A model generated the notes under the pieces. The model saw only the letters and a program-made list of their open reading frames with translations. It was not told the DNA's origin and did no database searches. A stretch of 64,000 nt of DNA from Octopus sinensis (Eukaryota): contig NC_043004.1 of the NCBI RefSeq assembly GCF_006345805.1, forward strand, positions 83,142,001 to 83,206,000, written 5' to 3'. Made by a program: the position numbers and the translations under genes. Position 1 is the stretch's first letter. Each line of letters begins with the position of its first letter. Positions 39,215 to 53,024 of this stretch are shown here, in pieces.

Positions 39215-39410
39215 GCGCTCAAGTGAAGGTTGGACAGGACCACTAGCGCCAACCTCATCAACAGTACAGTTCTACCTGCAATGTTATATGGTAGTGGAAC
39301 TTGGGCTACCACAAGGAGAGAAGAGCAGAGTCTGGTAACGGCTCAAAGAGCCATGGAAAGGTCAATGCTTGGTATCTCGTTGAGAGAGCACATCAGTAGC
39401 GCGATCCAGG
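39215..39410 (+). mobile_element. RTE-clade LINE fragment
   Basis: NSTVLPAMLYGSGTWATTRREEQSLVTAQRAMERSMLGISLREHI. Confidence 0.85.
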
Positions 39411-40265
39411 GAGGAGTGGACAGCGTGCTGTGACCAGCGATTTCAAATGGACGCCCGACAGACTGGTCGGTCAAGGTGATCTAGGTGATATATTAGAAAA
39501 AAAACACCTTTATATCTTGTGAAATTTTATTTAGTATTTCTAAATTGTATTTTTCCCTGTAAGTTAGGAATAATATTCCCTCAAATTATATATATATTTA
39601 TAATCGTGAATGGATACCTGAATGTAAGATCACATGTTCTCCTAACAACACCCAGAACGTATCGTATTAAGGAAACAGACCGTGTATTCACCTATATTGA
39701 TCTTTATTGTTAGAAATGATTATTGACAATATAGTCATTCTCTTGAATACACCAAGGGTTCAATGTTACCTGGCCAGGTATTGATGTCAAATATCACCAA
39801 ACAAAGAGGTCAATACCATTTGTTGGCATTTCGCTCATAATAGTAGGATACATTCAGCATATTAAGGAGGTTGTGGAATTGACGAAATATGATCTGAATC
39901 TGGAGATAACTACAATATGGAAATTGAAAACAAATGCAATCGCTATAATAAAAGGAGCTTCGGGAATAAAAAGGAAAACATTTAGGAATATACATGACCA
40001 CACAAACATCACCTACATATGTGCATAACTCACATACAATACAATTTTTTGGCACCGTGCTCATAATTGTAGCATTCATTCAGTATAGTAAAATTAATAA
40101 TTCCAAGAAGTAATACTTCATATAACCATGAAAGATGAGAAGCTGAACTATATCTCTGAGCTAAAAATATTCTACAAACCCACCGAAAGCGCTGAAAATG
40201 TGCTTACTATATAAAATACGAAGCATATCAGTTTGAAAATGAGAGACGTATATTATGAGACTCAC

Positions 40266-41243
40266 CGATCTGTTTAAACGAACTCCAAACCAAAGCAGTG
40301 AAATCCAGAAGAAAAAAGTTTCCAATGTCATCATTAAAACGTAACTGTATATATACGGGTTAGTGTCTAAACCATTATTTATCATTCCATACGTTGCAAT
40401 ACAAGTGCTGATGAGACTACCAAGTATGACAAGTACTGAAATAAGATTCAGTGTTTTATTTAGTGATGTCAGTATTGTACTCAGAGTATCATGATTTTTA
40501 ATTATATCTATAAGTAGTCTTCGGTTTTTAATAACAAATGAAATGTCGGATTGCTCTTCCTTTACGTAATTTCGAGCTTCGTTCGCCACTTTGTTAAACT
40601 CATAAATAAGTGCAATTTCGGTTATAATGTTAATATACACATCAAGAAATAGCGATGTCAATGAAATGACATTAAATACAGCATTTAGTGTTAAATATGG
40701 TATGGTATATGCACTGTTGTTCTGTAGAGGATATGTGAAAAATCGCAGCATATCTTCACTGTAGAGAGTAAATACGATTTCTAAAAGTGTGCTTGAACCT
40801 ATAGTTATAAATAAAAATATTGATAAGGAAATATATGAATATATAAATTTAGAGTCATAGAATTTTTTTTCTTCGTCTTCAATATTAACTTTGGCGAATG
40901 AGTCCAATAATTCATTGTTGTTAGAATGCCTGAAGAGTTTAAGCAAAGAAAGGACAGACATGAAGCTGCGGAAACATAATATAAATACATATGTTGATAT
41001 TTGAAAGGTGTTTACGTTGTCCAGTTCTATCAAAAAAATAAAATAGCGAATAGGGTTTATAATTAAATGTATGGAGAATAGAATATTGAACACTTGTAAA
41101 CAGATTCTTTGAACATCAAGTGTTTTCAGCAAGGATATATTGAAACATGCTTTCGCGAAATTATTAAATTTTTGATGAAATTCCAAGACTTTAAAGAACT
41201 GCGTTTCTTTAATATTCTCGCTTATTCTAAATTTGAATTCCAT
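40266..41243 (-). CDS. GRL first coding exon, cassette 4 (326 codons, intact)
   Basis: ATG at 41243. Motifs ETQFFKVLEFHQKF, FTYP, YEFNKVANEA and HDTLSTILTSLNKTL. Ends WFGVRLNRS|GTGAGT (40265-40260). Confidence 0.8.
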
Positions 41244-41344
41244 TTAAAATGTTTTTGTGTCCACTTTCAAAATCTAAGAGATTAATCAGGTAATGTACCG
41301 ATACGTTCAGTGCGTTACTTGATATAATGTTCTATCACACTTCC

Positions 41345-41397
<53 letters not shown>

Positions 41398-41897
41398 CAC
41401 AAGATAAACACCTAACAATCAACGGGTAAACAAATACAGTCTTTACGGACTATTTGTCATCATGCATGTATTCAAATTATAATTTATATACATCATCCAA
41501 TGTGCCATGGTACAAATCACTGATTAGACACCAGAAGAATCAATTCGATTAAGGTAAAAGTAAAACAATCTGCAGTCATTAATTCATTACAGAAATACAG
41601 AAATGCACTATTTAATGTTTAACGTTTCAGTATTGCCTTCATTATGGACATAACAATAATCGGGTCGATTGTGCGTATTGAGCATGTTTACTCACACAAG
41701 TTACTTATCGTGAGAAAACAATGAATTACACGTTGTATCTAAAATATTCGGTCAAAATGTATAATGTTTATATTAAGCTAAGGCTCTATCATATATGTTG
41801 ACGATACATATTGACATTATATTCATTTTACTGACTCAGGTAAAAAGCATACATAGATAAACACAAACATACATGCATATGTATATATACACATATA

Positions 41898-41952
<55 letters not shown>

Positions 41953-41977
41953 GTGCATATATATATGTATATATATA

Positions 41978-42022
<45 letters not shown>

Positions 42023-42230
42023 CTTTATTATGCAGATAAATTAGATTTAATGTAACTCGGTGTGTTGATCAATATCCTCCTACAGAATTATTTACAAACA
42101 GGAGTGATTTCTGTTTACCTTGTATGAATTATTACTTCTTAATATATCTGAAGGTGTTGTTTGAATAAAGGAACTCCGAAATATAACCCCAATTCTTCCT
42201 TTATATTCACTTTATATTCACTTTATATTC

Positions 42231-42278
<48 letters not shown>

Positions 42279-42301
42279 TACATATATATACATATATATA
42301 C

Positions 42302-42356
<55 letters not shown>

Positions 42357-42648
42357 GAGGCGCAATGGCCCAGTGGTAAGGGCAGCGGACTCGCGGTCGT
42401 AGGATCGCGGTTTCGATTCCCAGACCGGGCGTTGTGTGTGTTTATTGAGCAAAAACACCCAAAAGCTCCACGACGCTCCGGCAGGGGGTGGTGATCCCTG
42501 CTGTACTCTTTCACCACTCTTTCTCTCATTCTTTCGTCTGTTGGCCTGCTCGCTTAGCCAGCGGGGTGGCGTCATTCGAAGGCTAAAACAATGCGAACGT
42601 ATTGTGACCAGCGATGTGTTACAACATCTGACGGTCTGGTCGGTCACG
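42357..42648 (+). mobile_element. SINE family C (tRNA-like head)
   Basis: ggcgcaatggcccagtggtaag (A box)...ggtttcgattccc (B box). Its 3' part is shared with 6428-6548. Confidence 0.8.
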
Positions 42649-42649
42649 T

Positions 42650-45600
42650 TATATATTTTCTAGTTTCAGCTCAGAGCCGCGGCCATGTCTAATATGTGGC
42701 ACTTGGTGAAGAATGGAGTTTGATATAGCTACTCTCATTTGCACCTCTTGCCGTGAGATAAGTTCATCTGGGACTCTTGACAGGAAGATGTCCAGCTTTG
42801 ATTTAAAAACCGCCACATCTACTTGAAACACAGGCTGTTGCAGAAGCTGGTCCTGAAGCGTGATGGCATTGCTGGGATCTTTGGCACTATGCAGTGTCGT
42901 CCCGTTCTAGCATTGGTGTAGCTTACAATGCCAAAATTTGGCACGATTCCTTCCAGGATCTTCCAGACATATATTACTGCATACCTCTCCTGTCTTCTCT
43001 CCAGGAAGTAGAGTCTTAGCTGTTTCAACCTTTCCCAGTAGCTGAGCTGTTGCAAAGAGATGATCTTCTTTGTGAATCTTCTCTGGATTGCTTCATGGTC
43101 CGCTGTTAATTTTATGGTGGGTGACCATAGCTTTGAGCAGTAATCCAGGCGGCTGAGGACGAATATCCACCAGAAGACTATCATGGTTTCCTTATCTCTG
43201 GTTCTGAATTTTCTTAGGATCCACCTAGCCAGTCGTCTGCACTTTGTCGCATCCTGGTAATGTGCACTTGGAAAGAGGTATCATCACTCATGTCGACACC
43301 CAGGTCCCACACAGACTTAGGCTCTGGGATTGAAATTCCCTGTGGACCGGTGTATCTTGTAAGTTTAATATTCAGTTTTGGATGCTGGGAGCGCAGGGCC
43401 TGGAATTTTTCAGCATTAAACTGCATATTATTATCCTCAGCCCATCTGTAGACTGAGTCCAACTCCTGCTGCAGGTGTACAACATCGCTGGGGTTCTGTA
43501 TTTTCTGCGAGACTTTCGTATCATCTGCATAGCTGGCCAGAGTGGCTTTTCGGGCATTTGAGGGCATATCTGAGAGGGCCACTATAACAAGCAGTGGTCC
43601 CAAGACAGTGCCCTGTGGAACACCGATCACTATTGCTGTGTTCATAGAGATGGCTCCATTAACCACTACTGCCTGACTCCTATCTTTCAGGAAGTCATGT
43701 AACCACACTCCACGTTTTCCAGCTATGCCGAGGTCACGCATTTTGTGGCATATCATACCATGATCCACCTTGTCAAAGGCTTTTGCAAAATCAAGGTAGA
43801 TTACGCCCACATTTGATTTGTTGAGTAACTGCCTCAACATCCAGTCATAATGTTGTAAGAGCTGGGTAAGGCAGCTCCTACCTGGTCGAAAACCATACTG
43901 GGTATCACTCAGCAAGTTATTTTCCTCAAGGAATGCAATTAGTTTCTTTCTGACTATCCGTTCCATGACTTTGCTGATGTGTGAAGTCAGAGAAATAGGC
44001 CTATAGTTTTTGGCATCTGCTCTACTTCCCCCTTTATGTATTGAGCATATTATTCCCTCCTTCAGCTTGGTTGGCATTTTGCCATTCGCAAGGAAGCTCT
44101 GGAAGAGAATCTTGAGGGGTTTTGCCAGGGCATGCTTACACGCTTTGAGGAGGATGGCTGGGAAACCATCTGGACCAGCAGCTGAGTTCGTCCACTTCAT
44201 CTATGGCTAGTAGGACATCTTTTTCGCTAATGTCAATACATCCTATTGTAACCGCCTCGCTTTTTATAGGTGAGGCGGCAAAAAAAGTCCACTGGCTCGT
44301 TCACTTGTCTGTGTTCCAACGAGGTGGTAAAGATACTTTTGAACTGGTCATTCAGCATCTCACTGATCTTAGTTGGACTGTCTGTGAGGGAGCCATCCTT
44401 GTGGAGGAGGGGTCCTATCTTGTAGTGCACTGAGACTGTTTCTTTCGCGTAATGAAAGAAGGCCTTTGGGTTAGATTTAATGTTTTTTATAACCCAGGCT
44501 TCTTTGTTTGCTTTTTCCTTCACGTAGGATCGTTGCAGCCTTTTTTCGATCTCCATCAGTGTTGTTTTAGGCGGGACGTTTCGCTACTTTTGGGATGTTG
44601 GTTGAGACGATTTGCAACCTTCGTCCGTCGTCTCATGAGGATCTTCCTGTCTCTTGGAATCTTGCTCCTATTTGTTTTGGCCTTGTGCTCTGGGACATAT
44701 TTCTGGCATACGGCTTGCACAGAAGACATGAAACATTCTAGTTTCATGTCAATGTCTGGTGTGGAGAGACATTCCGGCCAGTTCTCTCTTTTTGGATCGA
44801 TTTCCAATCTTCTCTGTGGAAGTTCAGATTGGAGAGATTTCGGGTGCTTCCTTTAGGCTGTATGTCTTTGGTTACTTTTGGCCCAAACATAGACATCTCT
44901 ATTATGTTGTGATCCGAAACTGATGTCGGTGTCACTTTCACATCATGAATGATGTCCATATTGTTCGTGAAGCAGAGATCCAGAATGTTATTCGCCCTTG
45001 TTGGCTTGAGTACAACTTGCTCCATGAATAAGGCATTGGTGAGGTTGAGCAGGGACTCCACCTGTACTTGCTTGTAATGATTAATTCCTGAGAGTATGTG
45101 ACCTTCGGGCCATTTGACGTTGGGGAAGTTGAAATCACCCATAAGAAATATGGTCACGTGGTGTTCCAGATTCATGAGGATTTCTTTAATTCTTGTGAGG
45201 CAATCTTCAAACTTGCCTGTGTGATTTGGGGCATCCGGTGGGCAATATGTATTGCATATGACTATATCATGTAGTCTTATGTATACAATTAAAGTGTCAC
45301 ATACCGAATTTGAGTATGTCATTAAGACCTGGGGTGTGAGGTCATCTCGGTTGTATACAGCAACTCCACCATGGCTCCTTTCCCTTCTGTCTGTTCGCAG
45401 TATGGCATAGTTTGGTATGTGTACTTCTGCGTCCTCTATATCAGGGTTGAGGTGAGTTTCCACAAGTGCTATGCATAGGGCTTGATTGTATGCAGTAAGA
45501 TCTCTCAGGAAACAAATTTTGTTTCTATTTTGATGCAACAGGCCTCCAATATTTAGTAAAAGTATTGGGGTGACGGCTGTGCAGGCGTTAGGAGAGGCCA

Positions 45601-46315
45601 TCCCGTGTCTGTTGACTGTGGTGATCTTGCATAGTGGTGGGCAGGGTTCCTTCTCTGTGCTTGGTGTAGCCAGGTTAACTGCCGGACAATTCTTTGCGCC
45701 ATGCATAAAAAAGACTCTTGCTCAGCTGCTGCGTTGCGTAGAACATCTGGAGAGCACACTTCGTTTTTGAAAGTTTTCCTGGGAGATATTTCTTGTGTTC
45801 CCTCGGTAAAGTTTTTCTCTTTGAGTCCCCTGAAGTTCTGGCGGGGTGTCGGGTGGGCGAACCGGCAGTTTTTGCCGTCCTCACCATGCCAACATTAGAC
45901 CCGCAGGTAGAATTTACAGGTTCTTCCAGATTTTTTCTTTCCAGAAGTGTACTGGGTGGCATTGGATCCTCCATGGGTTTCTCTGCTGTTTGTGTGGTGG
46001 GTTGTGGTTTCAGCTTTGATTGTTTTGCCTTTTCCTCCTTTTCCCCCCTTATTTTTGTTTTCGATCCATTTTTCTTCTGTTTTTCTAATTTTTCATTTCT
46101 TCGTAGGACCACTGGTACAGGGGGGCTCCCGATTTCTGCTCCGTTGGCTCCCCTATCCTTCACTACCTGGTCGTTCACCCGGGTAGGTGATCCATTTTCC
46201 TGAGGAACCCCTGGATCACAGAGACTTCCGGCTTCCTTCTCTTTTTCGTCCTCTTCATTCTCATCAGCCTTGCCACAATAATTTTCAATTATGTTGCCAG
46301 TGTTTTGATGTGTGG
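42650..46315 (-). mobile_element. Near full-length CR1-like LINE (ORF1 + APE-RT ORF2), frameshifted
   Basis: APE motifs NIGGL, ETHL, GDFNFP, LDLCF and SDHN (44744-45706). RT motifs NYRPISLT, DFAKAFDKV, PQGTVLGP and YADD (43214-44200). ORF1 remnant contains a CCCH finger. Confidence 0.93.
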
Positions 46316-46404
46316 TCTTATAAGCATGTAAACATATAAATATATATACATATATATATGTATATATATATATATACTTTATTTTAAGCAGCAGAAAATT
46401 CAAC

Positions 46405-46452
46405 AAAATCTGTTACTCTGAGTTTCTCGTTGCCGTTCATCAGACAGTTTTT
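46405..46452 (-). ncRNA. Type I minimal hammerhead-ribozyme-like motif inside a short repeat flanked by (TA)n
   Basis: AAAAACTGT-CTGATGA-ACG GCAA CGA-GAAA-C TCAGA G-TA-ACAGATTTT gives core boxes, stem I, a GNRA-capped stem II and a GUA cleavage triplet. The 10.1/11.1 pair is A-A. Confidence 0.6.
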
Positions 46453-47331
46453 GCTAGAATGGAACTTATATATTAATTCAATCTATACTCTTACAAACGC
46501 TACACCTTTAAAAAGAAATGGACTTGTTTGATTGGCCCTTTAGAAAAAACGGTCAATCTTCGAGCGATAAACAAAAAGGTCAAAAATATATGTATATATA
46601 TATAAAAAAACTTATAAAAATTATAAAATCCGAGGAAAAAACCTATTGCCGTTAATGAAGACAGTACAAATTAATGCATAGAAATTAAACCTGTTATAAA
46701 TACTGCAATACATATTTATATTAAAATCTACATATATATATATCAACATACACAAAAGGATGCGCGTAAACGCCATACATACATATACAGACGTATGAAT
46801 ATGAATCTAAATATACACATAAAAGCATGTGTACATATATTCACGCAAACCGTCTCGCACGCAAGCTAAAATTCATCTATGTAGCAATTCTCATATACTG
46901 AGCAAGGAGGGGGAACGAAAGAAAGGGAAAGAGAGAAAAAGGAACGAAGGAGGGGTGGGGAAAAAACTTGTAACGATGTTGTTGGCATCTATAGAGACCA
47001 GTATACATACACAAGTTTGAATTGATACATATACATACCGTCGTGTATATGTGTGCTTAAGCACAAGCATACTTTCACTTACACATACACAGATACGCAT
47101 GCTTACAAATACATATGCCTTGCTATACACATACTTATATAAACATTCTAATTTTGACAACATTGCTTTTTTTTAAAAAAAAACATTGCTTTTAAAAAAT
47201 GGGTGCATTAATAAAAATATATACGAAAGACATAAAATAAAATATAACATCCTATTTTGGGTCATTTAAATGACCCAAAATAGGATGTTATATTTTATTT
47301 TATATGTCTTTACAAATATATATATAGCTAT

Positions 47332-47372
<41 letters not shown>

Positions 47373-47396
47373 TATATATATATGCATATATATATA

Positions 47397-47452
<56 letters not shown>

Positions 47453-47460
47453 TATATATA

Positions 47461-47516
<56 letters not shown>

Positions 47517-47545
47517 AAAGTTTGTTTGTGAAAGCACGTGGGTGA

Positions 47546-50287
47546 ATATATAAGAAAATAGTAAAGAGTGAAAAAACGACAGAAGGCTTAAATGTTAAAG
47601 AATATATATATTTGCGTCAATATGTCTGGAGAATATTGGAAAATTTTTTTTCCCCTTCTTATAATGACATAATTTTATAATTTTTAAAGAAAGACCGGTT
47701 TCGCATTTAGCTCTTCAAATTTCTTGCGACGTAATGCTTATCTTTAATAGCGTTATCCTTGTTTTTTTGCTACGGAGAGTTCTAAATAAGGGAAGGTAGT
47801 GCGTGATTTCTTCCGGTGTAAGGGAGATAATCGCTTAAAAATTTTTTTTTTCCCTTTTTCTCTTAGTGTGAATTTCTCTGTATTATTCTGTTTGGATAGT
47901 TGAGTCTGGGTTTGCACTTTTCAATGAAGAATGTTTCCTTGTTTAGTCTAATTTGTGTTGATGATCCGAAAGCACATTGGTAAAATGGAAAGATTAAAAA
48001 TTGTGGTTGTAGTTGCTTTGCGCATTTCTCAATGTGCTCACTAAAAGGTATCATTCTATATTCTGGGAATGCAATCTGTTGTCGATGCAGTGTGCATCTA
48101 CGTCTGAGTGATAGTCCCGTGGACCCCACGTAGTCTTGGTGGCAGCCCGAGCATTTAATGACATAAATTATGTTTTCAGAGGCACAAGTAAAGTTCGATT
48201 TGATCTTGAATTTCTGACCCTCTTTAAAGAAGAATTATGATCCTTCTAGTAGGTTAGGACATGTTGCACAGTTCGATCTACCACATTTTTTTTACTTTTG
48301 CATCCGTAATTTCAGAAGATAATTTTGCCTTTGTGAGAATCTTTTTAAGTGATTTAGGCTGTTTGTAGCTTTTAATGATTTGATGTATGTTTAGAATTTC
48401 CTTTAATTTTCGGTTTTTATGAAGTATTGGTAAATTCTGGGTGATGATGGTGAAAGCTTCTTTGTTTCTGGGGTTGTATGTAGATATGTAAGGTAGTATT
48501 TTCGGGGAAGGTGTGTTGTTGTGTTGAACTTTTCTTAAAGTTTCTATGTTGATTTCTGTTGCACGTCTGATACCATCCTCTATGAGTTGAGCTGGGTAAT
48601 GTCTGTCAATTAAGGTATTTTTGAGTTCTTGCAGTCTGAAGTTCCTGGTATTTTGTTCTGACACTATTGTGCATATCCTTCTTGCAAGGTTGAAGGGGAT
48701 GTTTGTTTTAGTGTGTCTTGGGTGGCATGAATTAAAGAGAAGGTATTGTTTGGCGTCTGTGGCTTTGTAGAAAATGTCTGTTTCTATTTTAAGGTTAATT
48801 TTTTTAATTAGTATATCCAAGAACGGGAGCTCCTTTTGGTTGTATTCCATTGTGAACTGTATATTTGGGTTTATGCTGTTCAATAGGTTTTTAAATTTTA
48901 AGAGTTTATCTGTGTTTTCATTCCAGAGAATAAAACAATCGTCCAAGAATCGTTTCCAGTTCTCTTTTATGTATTGAGAGAGGGGGTTTCCAAAGATTGA
49001 TAAAGATTCCTGGTAAATGATTATTTCCATGTATCCCATTGTTAAGTTCGCAATGACTGGTGCTGCCCTTGTACCCATAGCAATTCAGGATTTTTGGCGG
49101 TAAAATGTATTGTCAAACATGAAGTGGTTATTGTGTAGGATGAATTCAATTGATTTAGTAATGAATTCTTTACTGATCCTTTTTGTTATTTCTTCCGGAA
49201 ATTTGTCTAACCAGAACTGTATTGCCTCCAGTCCATAATTATGAGGTATACTGGTATACAAGTTGACTACATCAAATGAAACCAGGATTGTTTCTTCCTT
49301 GGCTTTTTTTGGAAGGTGGTTTAACATATCTAAGTCATCTCTGATATGGCTATCGATATGTTTAAGGAAGGGTTTCAGGAGGATGTCCATAAATAGACTT
49401 AGTCTGTGTGTTTCACAGGATGGGCCAGCTACAATGGGTCGTAGTTTTAGGTCCCCCGGGTTGGGTGTGTGTATGTATGTCTTTGGTGATTTTTTAATGG
49501 TTTCATTTATAATTAGACTTTTATGAATTTTTGGCAGACCATAGAAAAGGCTAGGTTTGCATTTAAAGTTTGTTAAGAAGTCAATCTCTTTGGTTGTTAG
49601 TTCCTTTTCATTGGTTTTAATTAGTGAAGATAGAGTTTTCATTATTTTTTGTGGGGTGTAGTTGGTAATTTTTTCATAATGTAAGTTGTCATCAAGCAAG
49701 GAAATTACAAGATTTCTGTAGTATGATGTATCCATTATTACAACTGCATTTCCCTTGTCTGCTTCCTTAATAGTTATATCCTCATCATTTTGAAGTTCTA
49801 TCAGTTCTTTCCATTGTGTAGTGTTAAAATTTGGGTTAGCTTTCTGTTTGTGTATAGTATGGTAGGGGAAGTTCTCAATGTGGTTGCAGAATTCGTCAAG
49901 ATCTTTATTTCTTCCTCTGTGTGGGATGTGTTCACTTTTCCAAACATAATAATACAGAGAAATTCACACTAAGAGAAAAAGGGAAAAAAAAATTTTTTAA
50001 GCGATTATCTCCCTTACACCGGAAGAAATCACGCACTACCTTCCCTTATTTAGAACTCTCCGTAGCAAAAAAACAAGGATAACGCTATTAAAGATAAGCA
50101 TTACGTCGCAAGAAATTTGAAGAGCTAAATGCGAAACCGGTCTTTCTTTAAAAATTATAAAATTATGTCATTATAAGAAAGGGAAACATTTTTTCCAATA
50201 TTCTCCAGACATATTGACGCAAATATATATATTCTTTAACATTTAAGCCTTCTGTCGTTTTTTCACTCTTTACTATTTTCTTATATA
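47546..50287 (-). mobile_element. Penelope-like element (RT + GIY-YIG) bounded by 340-bp inverted terminal repeats
   Basis: FYGLPKIHK, LRPIV, SFDVVNLYTSIP, AMGT, RFLDDCF, then IIYVIKC..C...YVGST (GIY-YIG). One in-frame TGA (49085-49087) and one A-run frameshift (about 48285). 47546-47887 is the reverse complement of 49948-50287. (TA)n lies on both sides. Confidence 0.93.
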
Positions 50288-50312
50288 TATATATATAAAC
50301 GTATATGTACAC

Positions 50313-50390
<78 letters not shown>

Positions 50391-50394
50391 GAGT

Positions 50395-50900
50395 CTAAAT
50401 GCAATGCACGCAAGATACAATGGGCCAGAATGGACTGCGATCGGTAAATTAGAATTATTTCATTACCTGGGTACTGATTTGAGTAATGATAGATCCTTCC
50501 AGATGCATTCTGCTAGGTTGGCAATATCATGCAGACACCTCGCTAGCTTGATCATTGGAACTTACAGAACGAGAGGCCTGGAACCCATGAGGAATGTCTG
50601 GAGGAAACTTCTTCTGTGTCAGACTACAGCTCTAAACTACGGTTACCACACAGTGCTAAATTAAGTGCAGAACTCCAAGCAATCGAACGAAGCTACACAA
50701 CGTCGCAATGCGAATTATCACTTTCTGAGAAACACTGAAATAGTTAAGACTCTGCTCCCTAGAACGAATCTGTTAAAGATATACAGTGATACAGATCTGA
50801 AAAACGCTGCAAGACTCATACAAACTTTTGGCGTTCAACTAACGCTGAAATTTTTGGTTACAATAGATTTTCAGGAAGCATATTTCATTGGAAGCAATTT
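50395..50900 (+). mobile_element. Highly decayed CR1-like LINE fragment
   Basis: RYNGPE...LGTDLSNDRSFQMH aligns with RYTGPQ...LGVDMSDDTSFQVH of the 42650 element. Confidence 0.65.
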
Positions 50901-51224
50901 GTTTAAATGTTAACATGAAGACGTTTATGTTCTTTTGACGCCTTTTCTACTAGCCTTGTATAAAGGAAAGACATGAAAACCTCATTCTAGTTTACCATGT
51001 AAAATATTTAACATATATGTATGTATATGTATGTATACTTAGAGAGAGAGAGTGTGAGAGAGATGTATGTGTGTATATTTATAGTTACATACAGGCAAGG
51101 TGATCAAGGTGATATATACACAAATTATAAGGCAGATTATAAGGAACAAATTAAGTATTATAACAATCTTGATCCTGGCTCTACCTCTAATTATCTAGAT
51201 GATAGTAACTATGCTATTATTCCT

Positions 51225-51234
51225 ACTACTACTA

Positions 51235-51266
<32 letters not shown>

Positions 51267-51282
51267 ACTACTACTGCTGCTG

Positions 51283-51378
<96 letters not shown>

Positions 51379-51400
51379 CGATGACGACAATAATACTCAT
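51225..51400. repeat. CTA/CTG/ATA compound trinucleotide microsatellite
   Basis: Direct inspection. Confidence 0.95.
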
Positions 51401-51429
51401 GTTATTCCTCCCGTAGATAATGATCCGGA

Positions 51430-52250
51430 TAATAATCATTATATTTGAAAATTTGAAAACAAAGAGTCTAAGGGAAATAACTATATTTCCTTACTCTTTC
51501 TGTAAAATAAAAATGAAGAAAAGTTAATTTTTTTAAAATAATAAATCTCTTCATTAATCGCATAACCCTCGTAAAAATATCTGACTCATTGTTCCATTCG
51601 GAAAACAAGCTATTGAAAAGAATTTTCCCAAAACTTCCAGGTACCACACCATTTTCAACAACCACCGTAACAGAATTGTCTTTCCAACACCAATAACTTT
51701 TTACACATTATATCCTTGCATAACAACTATATTCTAAAAAGTAAAAGGGGTTGACTTAATAACTATAAGAACGTTAATAATAATAACAGTAATCTTTTCT
51801 TAAATAAATGTACCAATATTAACAGTAATTGTGGTCCTAACAAAACTTGTCTTCTCAACGGAAATTGCAGAATAACAAACGCTGTCTTCCAATGCAAAAT
51901 TACCCCTGGATCTAAAGAACTCTTTTATATTGGACTTGCTTCTACGGAATTGAAACGGCGTATCGCAAAACACTTTTCCACATATAAATACAGTCATAAA
52001 TGTAATTATACAGGTCTTAGTAAACTAATTTGGCATCTCAAAGATTCTAATAAACAATATTCTTTAGACTGGAAATTTCATTGAGAACCTTTCCCTAAGA
52101 AAAATGTAAATCATTTTGTTCTCTTTGTACGGACGAACAACCCTTTATCCTCTTTTCCAAATATACACTGTTTAACACCTATAAAGAACGTGTTTACGGG
52201 TGTTTACATTGGAGAAAACACTCTTTTAGCTGTTTCAAATTATATCTAGC
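51430..52250 (+). mobile_element. Penelope-like relic with GIY-YIG endonuclease
   Basis: NAVFQCKITPGSKELFYIGLASTELKRRIAKHFS at about 51877-51980. Confidence 0.75.
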
Positions 52251-52942
52251 CCTTACCCAATAATATTTGCAACTTAATCTTTATTCATACTTCCCACACC
52301 TCCTATACTTGCCTTCTCTATCTTCTCTATCTTCTCCATTTCTTCTTTAATTCTCTTTCTCTCTTCTTTTTTCTTCCTCTCTCGCCCTATGACGTCAAAT
52401 TTCTTAACAGCAATTTTAGAATTATTAGCTCTCCCTATACCACTTTGCTTTCCATATATGTATATGCATGTATGTATGTATGTCTGCATTATTATATATG
52501 CATGTATATATGTATATGTGTGCATGAATGCATGCGTGCATGCATGTATTTATATGTATGCATATGCATGTATATAAAATTATAATTAAGGGTATCTAAA
52601 AGATACTTTCATGCTAGATATATTCATACAGCACCAGGAGAGAAGACAAAGAGACAAATTAGTTTATTTTGACTCTTTGTCATCACTCCTGGTGGTGTAT
52701 GAATACTTGATGTGGTTTTAGAGTCAAATGTTTGACTGCTATATCTAGCATGAAGTCATCTTTTAGATAGCCTTAATTATAATTTTAATAATTATTATTA
52801 CCTATGAAATTTTTATTCCCATTCATGCCTCTTGGTATGATCGGTATTTTGAATAACAATCTAATCCTTATTTGTATAAATTTATGTATGAATATATATA
52901 TATATATACATATGTATATATGCATATGCATGTATGTATATA

Positions 52943-53024
<82 letters not shown>

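Noticed and set aside
41470-41515. Minus-strand HGTLDDVYKL resembling the GRL post-TM6 segment
   Set aside because: Immediately followed by a stop, with no suitable acceptor or donor.
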